DNA of 64,000 nt from contig JAUCBJ010009055.1 of NCBI GenBank assembly GCA_032718475.1, forward strand, positions 1 to 64,000, read 5' to 3'. Source of the stretch: Nemertoderma westbladi. Lineage: Eukaryota; Animalia; Xenacoelomorpha. The translations under genes were made by a program, and so were the position numbers. This document shows, piece by piece, positions 36,001 through 51,000 of the stretch (position 1 is the first letter of the stretch; each line of letters opens with the position of its first letter). Below the pieces are notes generated by a model. That model searched no databases. It saw only the letters and a list, made by a program, of their open reading frames with translations, and was not told the DNA's origin.

Positions 36001-39000
36001 TACAGGTTCCCTGAACCCAGAGTTATACTGCCGTATTTGGGGCCTCCTGCCAATGTGTACAGGTTCCCTGAACCCAGAGTTATACTGCCGTATTTGGGGC
36101 CTCCTGCCAATGTGTACAGGTTCTATGAACCCAGAGTTATACTGCCGTATTTGGGACCTCCTGCCAATGTGTACAGGTTCCCTGAACCCAGAGTTATACT
36201 GCCGTATTTGGGGCCTCCTGCCAATGTGTACAGGTTCTATGAACCCAGAGTTATACTGCCGTATTTGGGGCCTCCTGCCAATGTGTACAGGTTCTCTGAA
36301 CCCAGAGTTAATACTGCCGTATTTGGGGCCTCCTGCCACTGAACCCAGAGTTACACTGCCGTATTTGGGGCCTCCTGCCAATGTGCACAGGTTCTATGAA
36401 CCCAGAGTTATACTGCCGTATTTGGGACCTCCTACCAATGTGTACAGGTTCCCTGAACCCAGAGTTATACTGCCGTATTTGGGGCTTCCTGCCAATGTGT
36501 ACAGGTTCCCTGAACTCAGAGTTATACTGCCGTATTTGGGGCCTCCTACCAATGTGTACAGGTTCTATGAACCCAGAGTTATACTGCCGTATTTGGGGCC
36601 TCCTGCCAATGTGTACAGGTTCTATGAACCCAGAGTTATACTGCCGTATTTGGGACCTCCTGCCAATGTGTACAGGTTCTATGAACCCAGAGTTATACTG
36701 CCGTATTTGGGACCTCCTACCAATGTGTACAGGTTCCCTGAACCCAGAGTTATACTGTCGTATTTGGGGCCTCCTGCCAATGTGTACAGGTTCTATGAAC
36801 CCAGAGTTATACTGCCGTATTTGGGACCTCCTACCAATGTGTACAGGTTCCCTGAACCCAGAGTTATACTGTCGTATTTGGGGCCTCCTGCCAATGTGTA
36901 CAGGTCCCCTGAACTCAGAGTTATACTGCCGTATTTGGGGCCTCCTGCCAATGTGTACAGGTTCCCTGAACCCAGAGTTATACTGCCGTATTTGGGGTCT
37001 CCTGCCAATGTGTACAGGTTCCCTGAACCCAGAGTTATACTGCCGTATTTGGGGCCTCCTGCCAATGTGTACAGGTTCCCTGAACCCAGAGTTATACTGC
37101 CGTATTTGGGGCCTCCTGCCAATGTGTACAGGTTCTATGAACCCAGAGTTATACTGCCGTATTTGGGACCTCCTGCCAATGTGTACAGGTTCCCTGAACC
37201 CAGAGTTATACTGCCGTATTTGGGGCCTCCTGCCAATGTGTACAGGTTCTATGAACCCAGAGTTATACTGCCGTATTTGGGGCCTCCTGCCAATGTGTAC
37301 AGGTTCTCTGAACCCAGAGTTAATACTGCCGTATTTGGGGCCTCCTGCCACTGAACCCAGAGTTACACTGCCGTATTTGGGGCCTCCTGCCAATGTGCAC
37401 AGGTTCTATGAACCCAGAGTTACACTGCCGTATTTGGGACCTCCTGCCAATGTGTACAGGTTCCCTGAACTCAGAGTTATACTGCCGTATTTGGGGCCTC
37501 TTGCCAATGTGTACAGGTTCTATGAACCCAGAGTTATACTGCCGTATTTGGGGCCTCCTGCCAATGTGTACAGGTTCCATGAACGCAGAGTTAATACTGC
37601 CGTATTTGGGGCCTCCTGCCAATGTGTACAGGTTCTATGAACCCAGAGTTATACTGCCGTATTTGGGACCTCCTGCCAATGTGTACAGGTTCCCTGAACC
37701 CAGAGTTATACTGCCGTATTTGGGGCCTCCTGCCAATGTGTACAGGTTCCCTGAACTCAGAGTTATACTGCCGTATTTGGGGCCTCCTGCCAATGTGTAC
37801 AGGTTCTATGAACCCAGAGTTATACTGCCGTATTTGGGGCCTCCTGCCAATGTGTACAGGTTCTCTGAACCCAGAGTTATACTGCCGTATTTGGGGCCTC
37901 CTGCCAATGTGTACAGGTTCCCTGAACCCAGAGTTATACTGCCGTATTTGGGGCCTCCTGCCAATGTGTACAGGTTCCCTGAACTCAGAGTTATACTGCC
38001 GTATTTGGGGCCTCCTGCCAATGTGTACAGGTTCCCTGAACCCAGAGTTATACTGCCGTATTTGGGGCCTCCTGCCAATGTGTACAGGTTCCCTGAACCC
38101 AGAGTTATACTGCCGTATTTGGGGCCTCCTGCCAATGTGTACAGGTTCCCTGAACCCAGAGTTATACTGCCGTATTTGGGGCCTCCTGCCAATGTGTACA
38201 GGTTCCCTCAACTCAGAGTTATACTGCCGTATTTGGGGCCTCCTGCCAATGTGTACAGGTTCCCTGAACCCAGAGTTATACTGCCGTATTTGGGGCCTCC
38301 TGCCAATGTGTACAGGTTCTATGAACCCAGAGTTATACTGCCGTATTTGGGGCCTCCTGCCAATGTGTACAGGTTCTCTGAACCCAGAGTTATACTGCCG
38401 TATTTGGGGCCTCCTGCCACTGAACCCAGAGTTACACTGCCGTATTTGGGGCCTCCTGCCAATGTGTACAGGTTCCCTGAACCCAGAGTTATACTGCCGT
38501 ATTTGGGGCCTCCTGCCAATGTTTACAGGTTCTCTGAACCCAGAGTAATACCTCCGTATTTGGGCCTCCTGCCACTGAACCCAGAGTTACACTGCCGTAT
38601 TTGGGGCCTCCCGCCAATGTGTACAGGTTCTCTGAACCCAGAGTTAATACTGCCGTATTTGGGGCCTCCTGCCACTGAACCCAGAGTTACACTGCCGTAT
38701 TTGGGGCCTCCTGCCAATGTGTACAGGTTCTATGAACCCAGAGTTATACTGCCGTATTTGGGGCCTCCTGCCAATGTGTACAGGTTCTATGAACCCAGAG
38801 TTAATACTGCCGTATTTGGGGCCTCCTGCCACTGAACCCAGAGTTACACTGCCGTATTTGGGACCTCCTGCCAATGTGTACAGGTTCCCTGAACCCAGAG
38901 TTATACTGCAGTATTTGGGGCCTCCTGCCAATGTGTACAGGTTCTATGAACCCAGAGTTATACTGCCGTATTTGGGGCCTCCTGCCAATGTGTACAGGTT

Positions 39001-42000
39001 CTCTGAACCCAGAGTTAATACTGCCGTATTTGGGGCCTCCTGCCACTGAACCCAGAGTTACACTGCCGTATTTGGGGCCTCCTGCCAATGTGCACAGGTT
39101 CTATGAACCCAGAGTTACACTGCCGTATTTGGGACCTCCTGCCAATGTGTACAGGTTCCCTGAACTCAGAGTTATACTGCCGTATTTGGGGCCTCTTGCC
39201 AATGTGTACAGGTTCTATGAACCCAGAGTTATACTGCCGTATTTGGGGCCTCCTGCCAATGTGTACAGGTTCCATGAACCCAGAGTTAATACTGCCGTAT
39301 TTGGGGCCTCCTGCCAATGTGTACAGGTTCTATGAACCCAGAGTTATACTGCCGTATTTGGGACCTCCTGCCAATGTGTACAGGTTCCCTGAACCCAGAG
39401 TTATACTGCCGTATTTGGGGCCTCCTGCCAATGTGTACAGGTTCCCTGAACTCAGAGTTATACTGCCGTATTTGGGGCCTCCTGCCAATGTGTACAGGTT
39501 CTATGAACCCAGAGTTATACTGCCGTATTTGGGGCCTCCTGCCAATGTGTACAGGTTCTCTGAACCCAGAGTTATACTGCCGTATTTGGGGCCTCCTGCC
39601 AATGTGTACAGGTTCCCTGAACCCAGAGTTATACTGCCGTATTTGGGGCCTCCTGCCAATGTGTACAGGTTCCCTGAAATCAGAGTTATACTCCTGTATT
39701 TGGGGCCTCCTGCCAATGTGTACAGGTTCCCTGAACCCAGAGTTATACTGCCGTATTTGGGGCCTCCTGCCAATGTGTACAGGTTCCCTGAACCCAGAGT
39801 TATACTGCCGTATTTGGGGCCTCCTGCCAATGTGTACAGGTTCCCTGAACCCAGAGTTATACTGCCGTATTTGGGGCCTCCTGCCAATGTGTACAGGTTC
39901 CCTCAACTCAGAGTTATACTGCCGTATTTGGGGCCTCCTGCCAATGTGTACAGGTTCCCTGAACCCAGAGTTATACTGCCGTATTTGGGGCCTCCTGCCA
40001 ATGTGTACAGGTTCTATGAACCCAGAGTTATACTGCCGTATTTGGGGCCTCCTGCCAATGTGTACAGGTTCTCTGAACCCAGAGTTATACTGCCGTATTT
40101 GGGGCCTCCTGCCACTGAACCCAGAGTTACACTGCCGTATTTGGGGCCTCCTGCCAATGTGTACAGGTTCCCTGAACCCAGAGTTATACTGCCGTATTTG
40201 GGGCCTCCTGCCAATGTTTACAGGTTCTCTGAACCCAGAGTAATACCTCCGTATTTGGGCCTCCTGCCACTGAACCCAGAGTTACACTGCCGTATTTGGG
40301 GCCTCCCGCCAATGTGTACAGGTTCTCTGAACCCAGAGTTAATACTGCCGTATTTGGGGCCTCCTGCCACTGAACCCAGAGTTACACTGCCGTATTTGGG
40401 GCCTCCTGCCAATGTGTACAGGTTCTATGAACCCAGAGTTATACTGCCGTATTTGGGGCCTCCTGCCAATGTGTACAGGTTCTCTGAACCCAGAGTTAAT
40501 ACTGCCGTATTTGGGGCCTCCTGCCACTGAACCCAGAGTTACACTGCCGTATTTGGGGCCTCCTGCCAATGTGCACAGGTTCTATGAACCCAGAGTTACA
40601 CTGCCGTATTTGGGACCTCCTGCCAATGTGTACAGGTTCCCTGAACTCAGAGTTATACTGCCGTATTTGGGGCCTCTTGCCAATGTGTACAGGTTCTATG
40701 AACCCAGAGTTATACTGCCGTATTTGGGGCCTCCTGCCAATGTGTACAGGTTCTATGAACCCAGAGTTAATACTGCCGTATTTGGGGCCTCCTGCCACTG
40801 AACCCAGAGTTACACTGCCGTATTTGGGGCCTCCTGCCAATGTGCACAGGTTCTATGAACCCAGAGTTATACTGCCGTATTTGGGACCTCCTGCCAATGT
40901 GTACAGGTTCTATGAACCCAGAGTTATACTGCCGTATTTGGGGCCTCCTGCCAATGTGTACAGGTTCTCTGAACCCAGAGTTATACTGCCGTATTTGGGG
41001 CCTCCTGCCAATGTGTACAGGTTCTATGAACCCAGAGTTATACTGCCGTATTTGGGACCTCCTACCAATGTGTACAGGTTCCCTGAACCCAGAGTTATAC
41101 TGCCGTATTTGGGACCTCCTACCAATGTGTACAGGTTCCCTGAACCCAGAGTTATACTGTCGTATTTGGGGCCTCCTGCCAATGTGTACAGGTTCCCTGA
41201 ACCCAGAGTTATACTGCCGTATTTGGGGCCTCCTGCCAATGTGTACAGGTTCCCTGAACTCAGAGTTATACTGCCGTATTTGGGACCTCCTACCAATGTG
41301 TACAGGTTCCCTGAACCCAGAGTTATACTGTCGTATTTGGGGCCTCCTGCCAATGTGTACAGGTTCTATGAACCCAGAGTTATACTGCCGTATTTGGGAC
41401 CTCCTACCAATGTGTACAGGTTCCCTGAACCCAGAGTTATACTGTCGTATTTGGGGCCTCCTGCCAATGTGTACAGGTTCCCTGAACCCAGAGTTATACT
41501 GCCGTATTTGGGGCCTCCTGCCAATGTGTACAGGTTCCCTGAACCCAGAGTTATACTGCCGTATTTTTGGCCTCCTGCCAATGTGTACATGTTCCCTGAA
41601 CCCAGAGTTATACTGCCGTATTTGGGGCCTCCTGCCAATGTGTACAGGTTCTATGAACCCAGAGTTATACTGCCGTAATTGGGACATCCTGCCAATGTGT
41701 ACAGGTTCCCTGAACCCAGAGTTATACTGCCGTATTTGGGGCCTCCTGCCAATGTGTACAGGTTCCCTGAACCCAGAGTTATACTGCCGTATTTGGGGCC
41801 TCCTGCCAATGTGTACAGGTTCTATGAACCCAGAGTTATACTGCCGTATTTGGGACCTCCTGCCAATGTGTACAGGTTCCCTGAACCCAGAGTTATACTG
41901 CCGTATTTGGGGCCTCCTGCCAATGTGTACAGGTTCTATGAACCCAGAGTTATACTGCCGTATTTGGGGCCTCCTGCCAATGTGTACAGGTTCTCTGAAC

Positions 42001-45000
42001 CCAGAGTTATACTGCCGTATTTGGGGCCTCCTGCCAATGTGTACAGGTTCCCTGAACTCAGAGTTATACTGCCGTATTTGGGGCCTCCTGCCAATGTGTA
42101 CAGGTTCCCTGAACCCAGAGTTATACTGCCGTATTTGGGGCCTCCTGCCAATGTGTACAGGTTCCCTGAACCCAGAGTTATACTGCCGTATTTGGGGCCT
42201 CCTGCCAATGTGTACAGGTTTCCTGAACCCAGAGTTATACTGCCGTATTTGGGGCCTCCTGCCAATGTGTACAGGTTCTATGAACCCAGAGTTATACTGC
42301 CGTATTTGGGACCTCCTGCCAATGTGTACAGGTTCCCTGAACCCAGAGTTATACTGCCGTATTTGGGGCCTCCTGCCAATGTGTACAGGTTCTATGAACC
42401 CAGAGTTATACTGCCGTATTTGGGGCCTCCTGCCAATGTGTACAGGTTCTCTGAACCCAGAGTTAATACTGCCGTATTTGGGGCCTCCTGCCACTGAACC
42501 CAGAGTTACACTGCCGTATTTGGGGCCTCCTGCCAATGTGTACAGGTTCCCTGAACCCAGAGTTATACTGCCGTATTTGGGGCTTCCTGCCAATGTGTAC
42601 AGGTTCCCTGAACTCAGAGTTATACTGCCGTATTTGGGGCCTCCTGCCAATGTGTACAGGTTCCCTGAACCCAGAGTTATACTGCCGTATTTGGGGCCTC
42701 CTGCCAATGTGTACAGGTTCTATGAACTCAGAGTTATACTGCCGTATTTGGGGCCTCCTGCCAATGTGTACAGGTTCTCTGAACCCAGAGTTATACTGCC
42801 GTATTTGGGGCCTCCTGCCACTGAACCCAGAGTTACACTGCCGTATTTGGGGCCTCCTGCCAATGTGTACAGGTTCCCTGAACCCAGAGTTATACTGCCG
42901 TATTTGGGGCCTCCTGCCAATATGTACAGGTTCTCTGAACCCAGAGTTATACTGCCGTATTTGGGCCTCCTGCCACTGAACCCAGAGTTACACTGCCGTA
43001 TTTGGAACCTCCTGCCAATGTGTACAGGTTCCCTGAACTCAGAGTTATACTGCTGTATTTGGGGCCTCCTGCCTATGTGTACAGGTTCCCTGAACCCAGA
43101 GTTATACTGCCGTATTTGGGGCCTCCTGCCAATGTGTACAGGTTCTATGAACCCAGAGTTATACTGCCGTATTTGGGGCCTCCTGCCAATGTGTACAGGT
43201 TCCCTGAACCCAGAGTTATACTGCCGTATTTGGGGCCTCCTGCCAATGTGTACAGGTTCTCTGAACCCAGAGTTATACTGCCGTATTTGGGGCCTCCTGC
43301 CACTGAACCCAGAGTTACACTGCCGTATTTGGGACCTCCTGCCAATGTGTACAGGTTCCCTGAACTCAGAGTTATACTGCCGTATTTGGGGCCTCTTGCC
43401 AATGTGTACAGGTTCTATGAACCCAGAGTTATACTGCCGTATTTGGGGCCTCCTGCCAATGTGTACAGGTTCCATGAACCCAGAGTTATACTGCCGTATT
43501 TGGGGCCTCCTGCCAATGTGTACAGGTTCTATGAACCCAGAGTTATACTGCCGTATTTGGGGCCTCCTGCCAATGTGTACAGGTTCCCTGAACCCAGAGT
43601 TATACTGCCGTATTTGGGGCCTCCTGCCAATGTGTACAGGTTCCCTGAACCCAGAGTTATACTGCCGTATTTGGGGCCTCCTGCCAATGTGTACAGGTTC
43701 TATGAACCCAGAGTTATACTGCCGTATTTGGGGCCTCCTGCCAATGTGTACAGGTTCTCTGAACCCAGAGTTATACTGCCGTATTTGGGGCCTCCTGCCA
43801 ATGTGTACAGGTTCCCTGAACCCAGAGTTATACTGCCGTATTTGGGGCCTCCTGCCAATGTGTACAGGTTCCCTGAACCCAGAGTTATACTGCCGTATTT
43901 GGGGCCTCCTGCCAATGTGTACAGGTTCCCTGAACCCAGAGTTATACTGCCGTATTTGGGGCCTCCTGCCAATGTGTACAGGTTCCCTGAACCCAGAGTT
44001 ATACTGCCGTATTTGGGGCCTCCTGCCAATGTGTACAGGTTCCCTGAACCCAGAGTTATACTGCCGTATTTGGGGCCTCCTGCCAATGTGTACAGGTTCC
44101 CTGAACTCAGAGTTATACTGCCGTATTTGGGGCCTCTTGCCAATGTGTACAGGTTCTATGAACCCAGAGTTATACTGCCGTATTTGGGGCCTCCTGCCAA
44201 TGTGTACAGGTTCCATGAACCCAGAGTTAATACTGCCGTATTTGGGGCCTCCTGCCAATGTGTACAGGTTCTATAAACCCAGAGTTATACTGCCGTATTT
44301 GGGACCTCCTGCCAATGTGTACAGGTTCCCTGAACCCAGAGTTATACTGCCGTATTTGGGGCCTCCTGCCAATGTGTACAGGTTCCCTGAACTCAGAGTT
44401 ATACTGCCGTATTTGGGGCCTCCTGCCAATGTGTACAGGTTCTATGAACCCAGAGTTATACTGCCGTATTTGGGGCCTCCTGCCAATGTGTACAGGTTCT
44501 CTGAACCCAGAGTTATACTGCCGTATTTGGGGCCTCCTGCCAATGTGTACAGGTTCCCTGAACCCAGAGTTATACTGCCGTATTTGGGGCCTCCTGCCAA
44601 TGTGTACAGGTTCCCTGAACTCAGAGTTATACTGCCGTATTTGGGGCCTCCTGCCAATGTGTACAGGTTCCCTGAACCCAGAGTTATACTGCCGTATTTG
44701 GGGCCTCCTGCCAATGTGTACAGGTTCCCTGAACCCAGAGTTATACTGCCGTATTTGGGGCCTCCTGCCAATGTGTACAGGTTCCCTGAACCCAGAGTTA
44801 TACTGCCGTATTTGGGGCCTCCTGCCAATGTGTACAGGTTCTATGAACCCAGAGTTATACTGCCGTATTTGGGGCCTCCTGCCAATGTGTACAGGTTCCC
44901 TGAACCCAGAGTTATACTGCCGTATTTGGGGCCTTCTGCCAATGTGTACAGGTTCCCTGAACCCAGAGTTATACTGCCGTATTTGGGGCCTCCTGCCAAT

Positions 45001-48000
45001 GTGTACAGGTTCCCTGAACCCAGAGTTATACTGCCGTATTTGGGGCCTCCTGCCAATGTGTACAGGTTCTCTGAACCCAGAGTTATACTTCCGTATTTGG
45101 GGCCTCCTGCCAATGTGTACAGGTTCCCTGAACCCAGAGTTATACTGCCGTATTTGGGGCCTCCTGCCAATGTGTACAGGTTCCCTCAACTCAGAGTTAT
45201 ACTGCCGTATTTGGGGCCTCCTGCCAATGTGTACAGGTTCCCTGAACCCAGAGTTATACTGCCGTATTTGGGGCCTCCTGCCAATGTGTACAGGTTCTAT
45301 GAACCCAGAGTTATACTGCCGTATTTGGGGCCTCCTGCCAATGTGTACAGGTTCTCTGAACCCAGAGTTATACTGCCGTATTTGGGGCCTCCTGCCACTG
45401 AACCCAGAGTTACACTGCCGTATTTGGGGCCTCCTGCCAATGTGTACAGGTTCCCTGAACCCAGAGTTATACTGCCGTATTTGGGGCCTCCTGCCAATGT
45501 TTACAGGTTCTCTGAACCCAGAGTAATACCTCCGTATTTGGGCCTCCTGCCACTGAACCCAGAGTTACACTGCCGTATTTGGGGCCTCCCGCCAATGTGT
45601 ACAGGTTCTCTGAACCCAGAGTTAATACTGCCGTATTTGGGGCCTCCTGCCACTGAACCCAGAGTTACACTGCCGTATTTGGGGCCTCCTGCCAATGTGT
45701 ACAGGTTCCCTGAACCCAGAGTTATACTGCCGTATTTGGGGCCTCCTGCCAATGTGTACAGGTTCCCTCAACTCAGAGTTATACTGCCGTATTTGGGGCC
45801 TCCTGCCAATGTGTACAGGTTCCCTGAACCCAGAGTTATACTGCCGTATTTGGGGCCTCCTGCCAATGTGTACAGGTTCTATGAACCCAGAGTTATACTG
45901 CCGTATTTGGGGCCTCCTGCCAATGTGTACAGGTTCTCTGAACCCAGAGTTATACTGCCGTATTTGGGGCCTCCTGCCACTGAACCCAGAGTTACACTGC
46001 CGTATTTGGGGCCTCCTGCCAATGTGTACAGGTTCCCTGAACCCAGAGTTATACTGCCGTATTTGGGGCCTCCTGCCAATGTTTACAGGTTCTCTGAACC
46101 CAGAGTAATACCTCCGTATTTGGGCCTCCTGCCACTGAACCCAGAGTTACACTGCCGTATTTGGGGCCTCCCGCCAATGTGTACAGGTTCTCTGAACCCA
46201 GAGTTAATACTGCCGTATTTGGGGCCTCCTGCCACTGAACCCAGAGTTACACTGCCGTATTTGGGGCCTCCTGCCAATGTGTACAGGTTCTATGAACCCA
46301 GAGTTATACTGCCGTATTTGGGACCTCCTACCAATGTGTACAGGTTCCCTGAACCCAGAGTTATACTGCCGTATTTGGGGCTTCCTGCCAATGTGTACAG
46401 GTTCCCTGAACTCAGAGTTATACTGCCGTATTTGGGGCCTCCTGCCAATGTGTACAGGTTCCCTGAACTCAAGAGTTATACTGCCGTATTTGGGGCCTCC
46501 TGCCAATGTGTACAGGTTCCCTGAACCCAGAGTTATACTGCCGTATTTGGGGCCTCCTGCCAATGTGTACAGGTTCCCTGAACCCAGAGTTATACTGCCG
46601 TATTTGGGGCCTCCTGCCAATGTGTACAGGTTCTATGAACCCAGAGTTATACTGCCGTATTTGGGGCCTCCTGCCAATGTGTACAGGTTCTATGAACCCA
46701 GAGTTATACTGCCGTATTTGGGACCTCCTACCAATGTGTACAGGTTCCCTGAACCCAGAGTTATACTGCCGTATTTGGGGCTTCCTGCCAATGTGTACAG
46801 GTTCCCTGAACTCAGAGTTATACTGCCGTATTTGGGGCCTCCTGCCAATGTGTACAGGTTCCCTGAACTCAGAGTTATACTGCCGTATTTGGGGCCTCCT
46901 GCCAATGTGTACAGGTTCCCTGAACCCAGAGTTATACTGCCGTATTTGGGGCCTCCTGCCAATGTGTACAGGTTCTATGAACCCAGAGTTATACTGCCGT
47001 ATTTGGGGCCTCCTGCCAATGTGTACAGGTTCTCTGAACCCAGAGTTATACTGCCGTATTTGGGGCCTCCTGCCACTGAACCCAGAGTTACACTGCCGTA
47101 TTTGGGGCCTCCTGCCAATGTGTACAGGTTCCCTGAACCCAGAGTTATACTGCCGTATTTGGGGCCTCCTGCCAATATGTACAGGTTCTCTGAACCCAGA
47201 GTTATACTGCCGTATTTGGGCCTCCTGCCACTGAACCCAGAGTTACACTGCCGTATTTGGAACCTCCTGCCAATGTGTACAGGTTCCCTGAACTCAGAGT
47301 TATACTGCCGTATTTGGGGCCTCCTGCCTATGTGTACAGGTTCCCTGAACCCAGAGTTATACTGCCGTATTTGGGGCCTCCTGCCAATGTGTACAGGTTC
47401 TCTGAACCCAGAGTTATACTTCCGTATTTGGGGCCTCCTGCCAATGTGTACAGGTTCCCTGAACCCAGAGTTATACTGCCGTATTTGGGGCCTCCTGCCA
47501 ATGTGTACAGGTTCCCTCAACTCAGAGTTATACTGCCGTATTTGGGGCCTCCTGCCAATGTGTACAGGTTCCCTGAACCCATAGTTATACTGCCGTATTT
47601 GGGGCCTCCTGCCAATGTGTACAGGTTCTATGAACCCAGAGTTATACTGCCGTATTTGGGGCCTCCTGCCAATGTGTACAGGTTCTCTGAACCCAGAGTT
47701 ATACTGCCGTATTTGGGGCCTCCTGCCACTGAACCCAGAGTTACACTGCCGTATTTGGGGCCTCCTGCCAATGTGTACAGGTTCCCTGAACCCAGAGTTA
47801 TACTGCCGTATTTGGGGCCTCCTGCCAATGTTTACAGGTTCTCTGAACCCAGAGTAATACCTCCGTATTTGGGCCTCCTGCCACTGAACCCAGAGTTACA
47901 CTGCCGTATTTGGGGCCTCCCGCCAATGTGTACAGGTTCTCTGAACCCAGAGTTAATACTGCCGTATTTGGGGCCTCCTGCCACTGAACCCAGAGTTACA

Positions 48001-51000
48001 CTGCCGTATTTGGGGCCTCCTGCCAATGTGTACAGGTTCTATGAACCCAGAGTTATACTGCCGTATTTGGGACCTCCTACCAATGTGTACAGGTTCCCTG
48101 AACCCAGAGTTATACTGCCGTATTTGGGGCTTCCTGCCAATGTGTACAGGTTCCCTGAACTCAGAGTTATACTGCCGTATTTGGGGCCTCCTGCCAATGT
48201 GTACAGGTTCCCTGAACTCAAGAGTTATACTGCCGTATTTGGGGCCTCCTGCCAATGTGTACAGGTTCCCTGAACCCAGAGTTATACTGCCGTATTTGGG
48301 GCCTCCTGCCAATGTGTACAGGTTCCCTGAACCCAGAGTTATACTGCCGTATTTGGGGCCTCCTGCCAATGTGTACAGGTTCTATGAACCCAGAGTTATA
48401 CTGCCGTATTTGGGGCCTCCTGCCAATGTGTACAGGTTCTATGAACCCAGAGTTATACTGCCGTATTTGGGACCTCCTACCAATGTGTACAGGTTCCCTG
48501 AACCCAGAGTTATACTGCCGTATTTGGGGCTTCCTGCCAATGTGTACAGGTTCCCTGAACTCAGAGTTATACTGCCGTATTTGGGGCCTCCTGCCAATGT
48601 GTACAGGTTCCCTGAACTCAGAGTTATACTGCCGTATTTGGGGCCTCCTGCCAATGTGTACAGGTTCCCTGAACCCAGAGTTATACTGCCGTATTTGGGG
48701 CCTCCTGCCAATGTGTACAGGTTCTATGAACCCAGAGTTATACTGCCGTATTTGGGGCCTCCTGCCAATGTGTACAGGTTCTCTGAACCCAGAGTTATAC
48801 TGCCGTATTTGGGGCCTCCTGCCACTGAACCCAGAGTTACACTGCCGTATTTGGGGCCTCCTGCCAATGTGTACAGGTTCCCTGAACCCAGAGTTATACT
48901 GCCGTATTTGGGGCCTCCTGCCAATGTGTACAGGTTCTCTGAACCCAGAGTTATACTGCCGTATTTGGGCCTCCTGCCACTGAACCCAGAGTTACACTGC
49001 CGTATTTGGGACCTCCTGCCAATGTGTACAGGTTCCCTGAACTCAGAGTTATACTGCCGTATTTGGGGCCTCCTGCCTATGTGTACAGGTTCCCTGAACC
49101 CAGAGTTATACTGCCGTATTTGGGGCCTCCTGCCAATGTGTACAGGTTCTATGAACCCAGAGTTATACTGCCGTATTTGGGGCCTCCTGCCAATGTGTAC
49201 AGGTTCCCTGAACCCAGAGTTATACTGCCGTATTTGGGGCCTCCTGCCAATGTGTACAGGTTCTCTGAACCCAGAGTTATACTGCCGTATTTGGGGCCTC
49301 CTGCCACTGAACCCAGAGTTACACTGCCGTATTTGGGACCTCCTGCCAATGTGTACAGGTTCCCTGAACTCAGAGTTATACTGCCGTATTTGGGGCCTCT
49401 TGCCAATGTGTACAGGTTCTATGAACCCAGAGTTATACTGCCGTATTTGGGGCCTCCTGCCAATGTGTACAGGTTCCATGAACCCAGAGTTAATACTGCC
49501 GTATTTGGGGCCTCCTGCCAATGTGTACAGGTTCTATGAACCCAGAGTTATACTGCCGTATTTGGGACCTCCTGCCAATGTGTACAGGTTCCCTGAACCC
49601 AGAGTTATACTGCCGTATTTGGGGCCTCCTGCCAATGTGTACAGGTTCCCTGAACTCAGAGTTATACTGCCGTATTTGGGGCCTCCTGCCAATGTGTACA
49701 GGTTCTATGAACCCAGAGTTATACTGCCGTATTTGGGGCCTCCTGCCAATGTGTACAGGTTCTCTGAACCCAGAGTTATACTGCCGTATTTGGGGCCTCC
49801 TGCCAATGTGTACAGGTTCCCTGAACCCAGAGTTATACTGCCGTATTTGGGGCCTCCTGCCAATGTGTACAGGTTCCCTGAACCCAGAGTTATACTGCCG
49901 TATTTGGGGCCTCCTGCCAATGTGTACAGGTTCCCTGAACCCAGAGTTATACTGCCGTATTTGGGGCCTCCTGCCAATGTGTACAGGTTCCCTGAACCCA
50001 GAGTTATACTGCCGTATTTGGGGCCTCCTGCCAATGTGTACAGGTTCCCTGAACCCAGAGTTATACTGCCGTATTTGGGGCCTCCTGCCAATGTGTACAG
50101 GTTCTATGAACCCAGAGTTATACTGCCGTATTTGGGGCCTCCTGCCAATGTGTACAGGTTCCCTGAACCCAGAGTTATACTGCCGTATTTGGGGCCTCCT
50201 GCCAATGTGTACAGGTTCCCTGAACCCAGAGTTATACTGCCGTATTTGGGGCCTCCTGCCAATGTGTACAGGTTCCCTGAACCCAGAGTTATACTGCCGT
50301 ATTTGGGGCCTCCTGCCAATGTGTACAGGTTCTCTGAACCCAGAGTTATACTGCCGTATTTGGGGCCTCCTGCCAATGTGTACAGGTTCCCTGAACCCAG
50401 AGTTATACTGCCGTATTTGGGGCCTCCTGCCAATGTGTACAGGTTCCCTCAACTCAGAGTTATACTGCCGTATTTGGGGCCTCCTGCCAATGTGTACAGG
50501 TTCCCTGAACCCAGAGTTATACTGCCGTATTTGGGGCCTCCTGCCAATGTGTACAGGTTCTATGAACCCAGAGTTATACTGCCGTATTTGGGGCCTCCTG
50601 CCAATGTGTACAGGTTCTCTGAACCCAGAGTTATACTGCCGTATTTGGGGCCTCCTGCCACTGAACCCAGAGTTACACTGCCGTATTTGGGGCCTCCTGC
50701 CAATGTGTACAGGTTCCCTGAACCCAGAGTTATACTGCCGTATTTGGGGCCTCCTGCCAATGTTTACAGGTTCTCTGAACCCAGAGTAATACCTCCGTAT
50801 TTGGGCCTCCTGCCACTGAACCCAGAGTTACACTGCCGTATTTGGGGCCTCCCGCCAATGTGTACAGGTTCTCTGAACCCAGAGTTAATACTGCCGTATT
50901 TGGGGCCTCCTGCCACTGAACCCAGAGTTACACTGCCGTATTTGGGGCCTCCTGCCAATGTGTACAGGTTCTATGAACCCAGAGTTATACTGCCGTATTT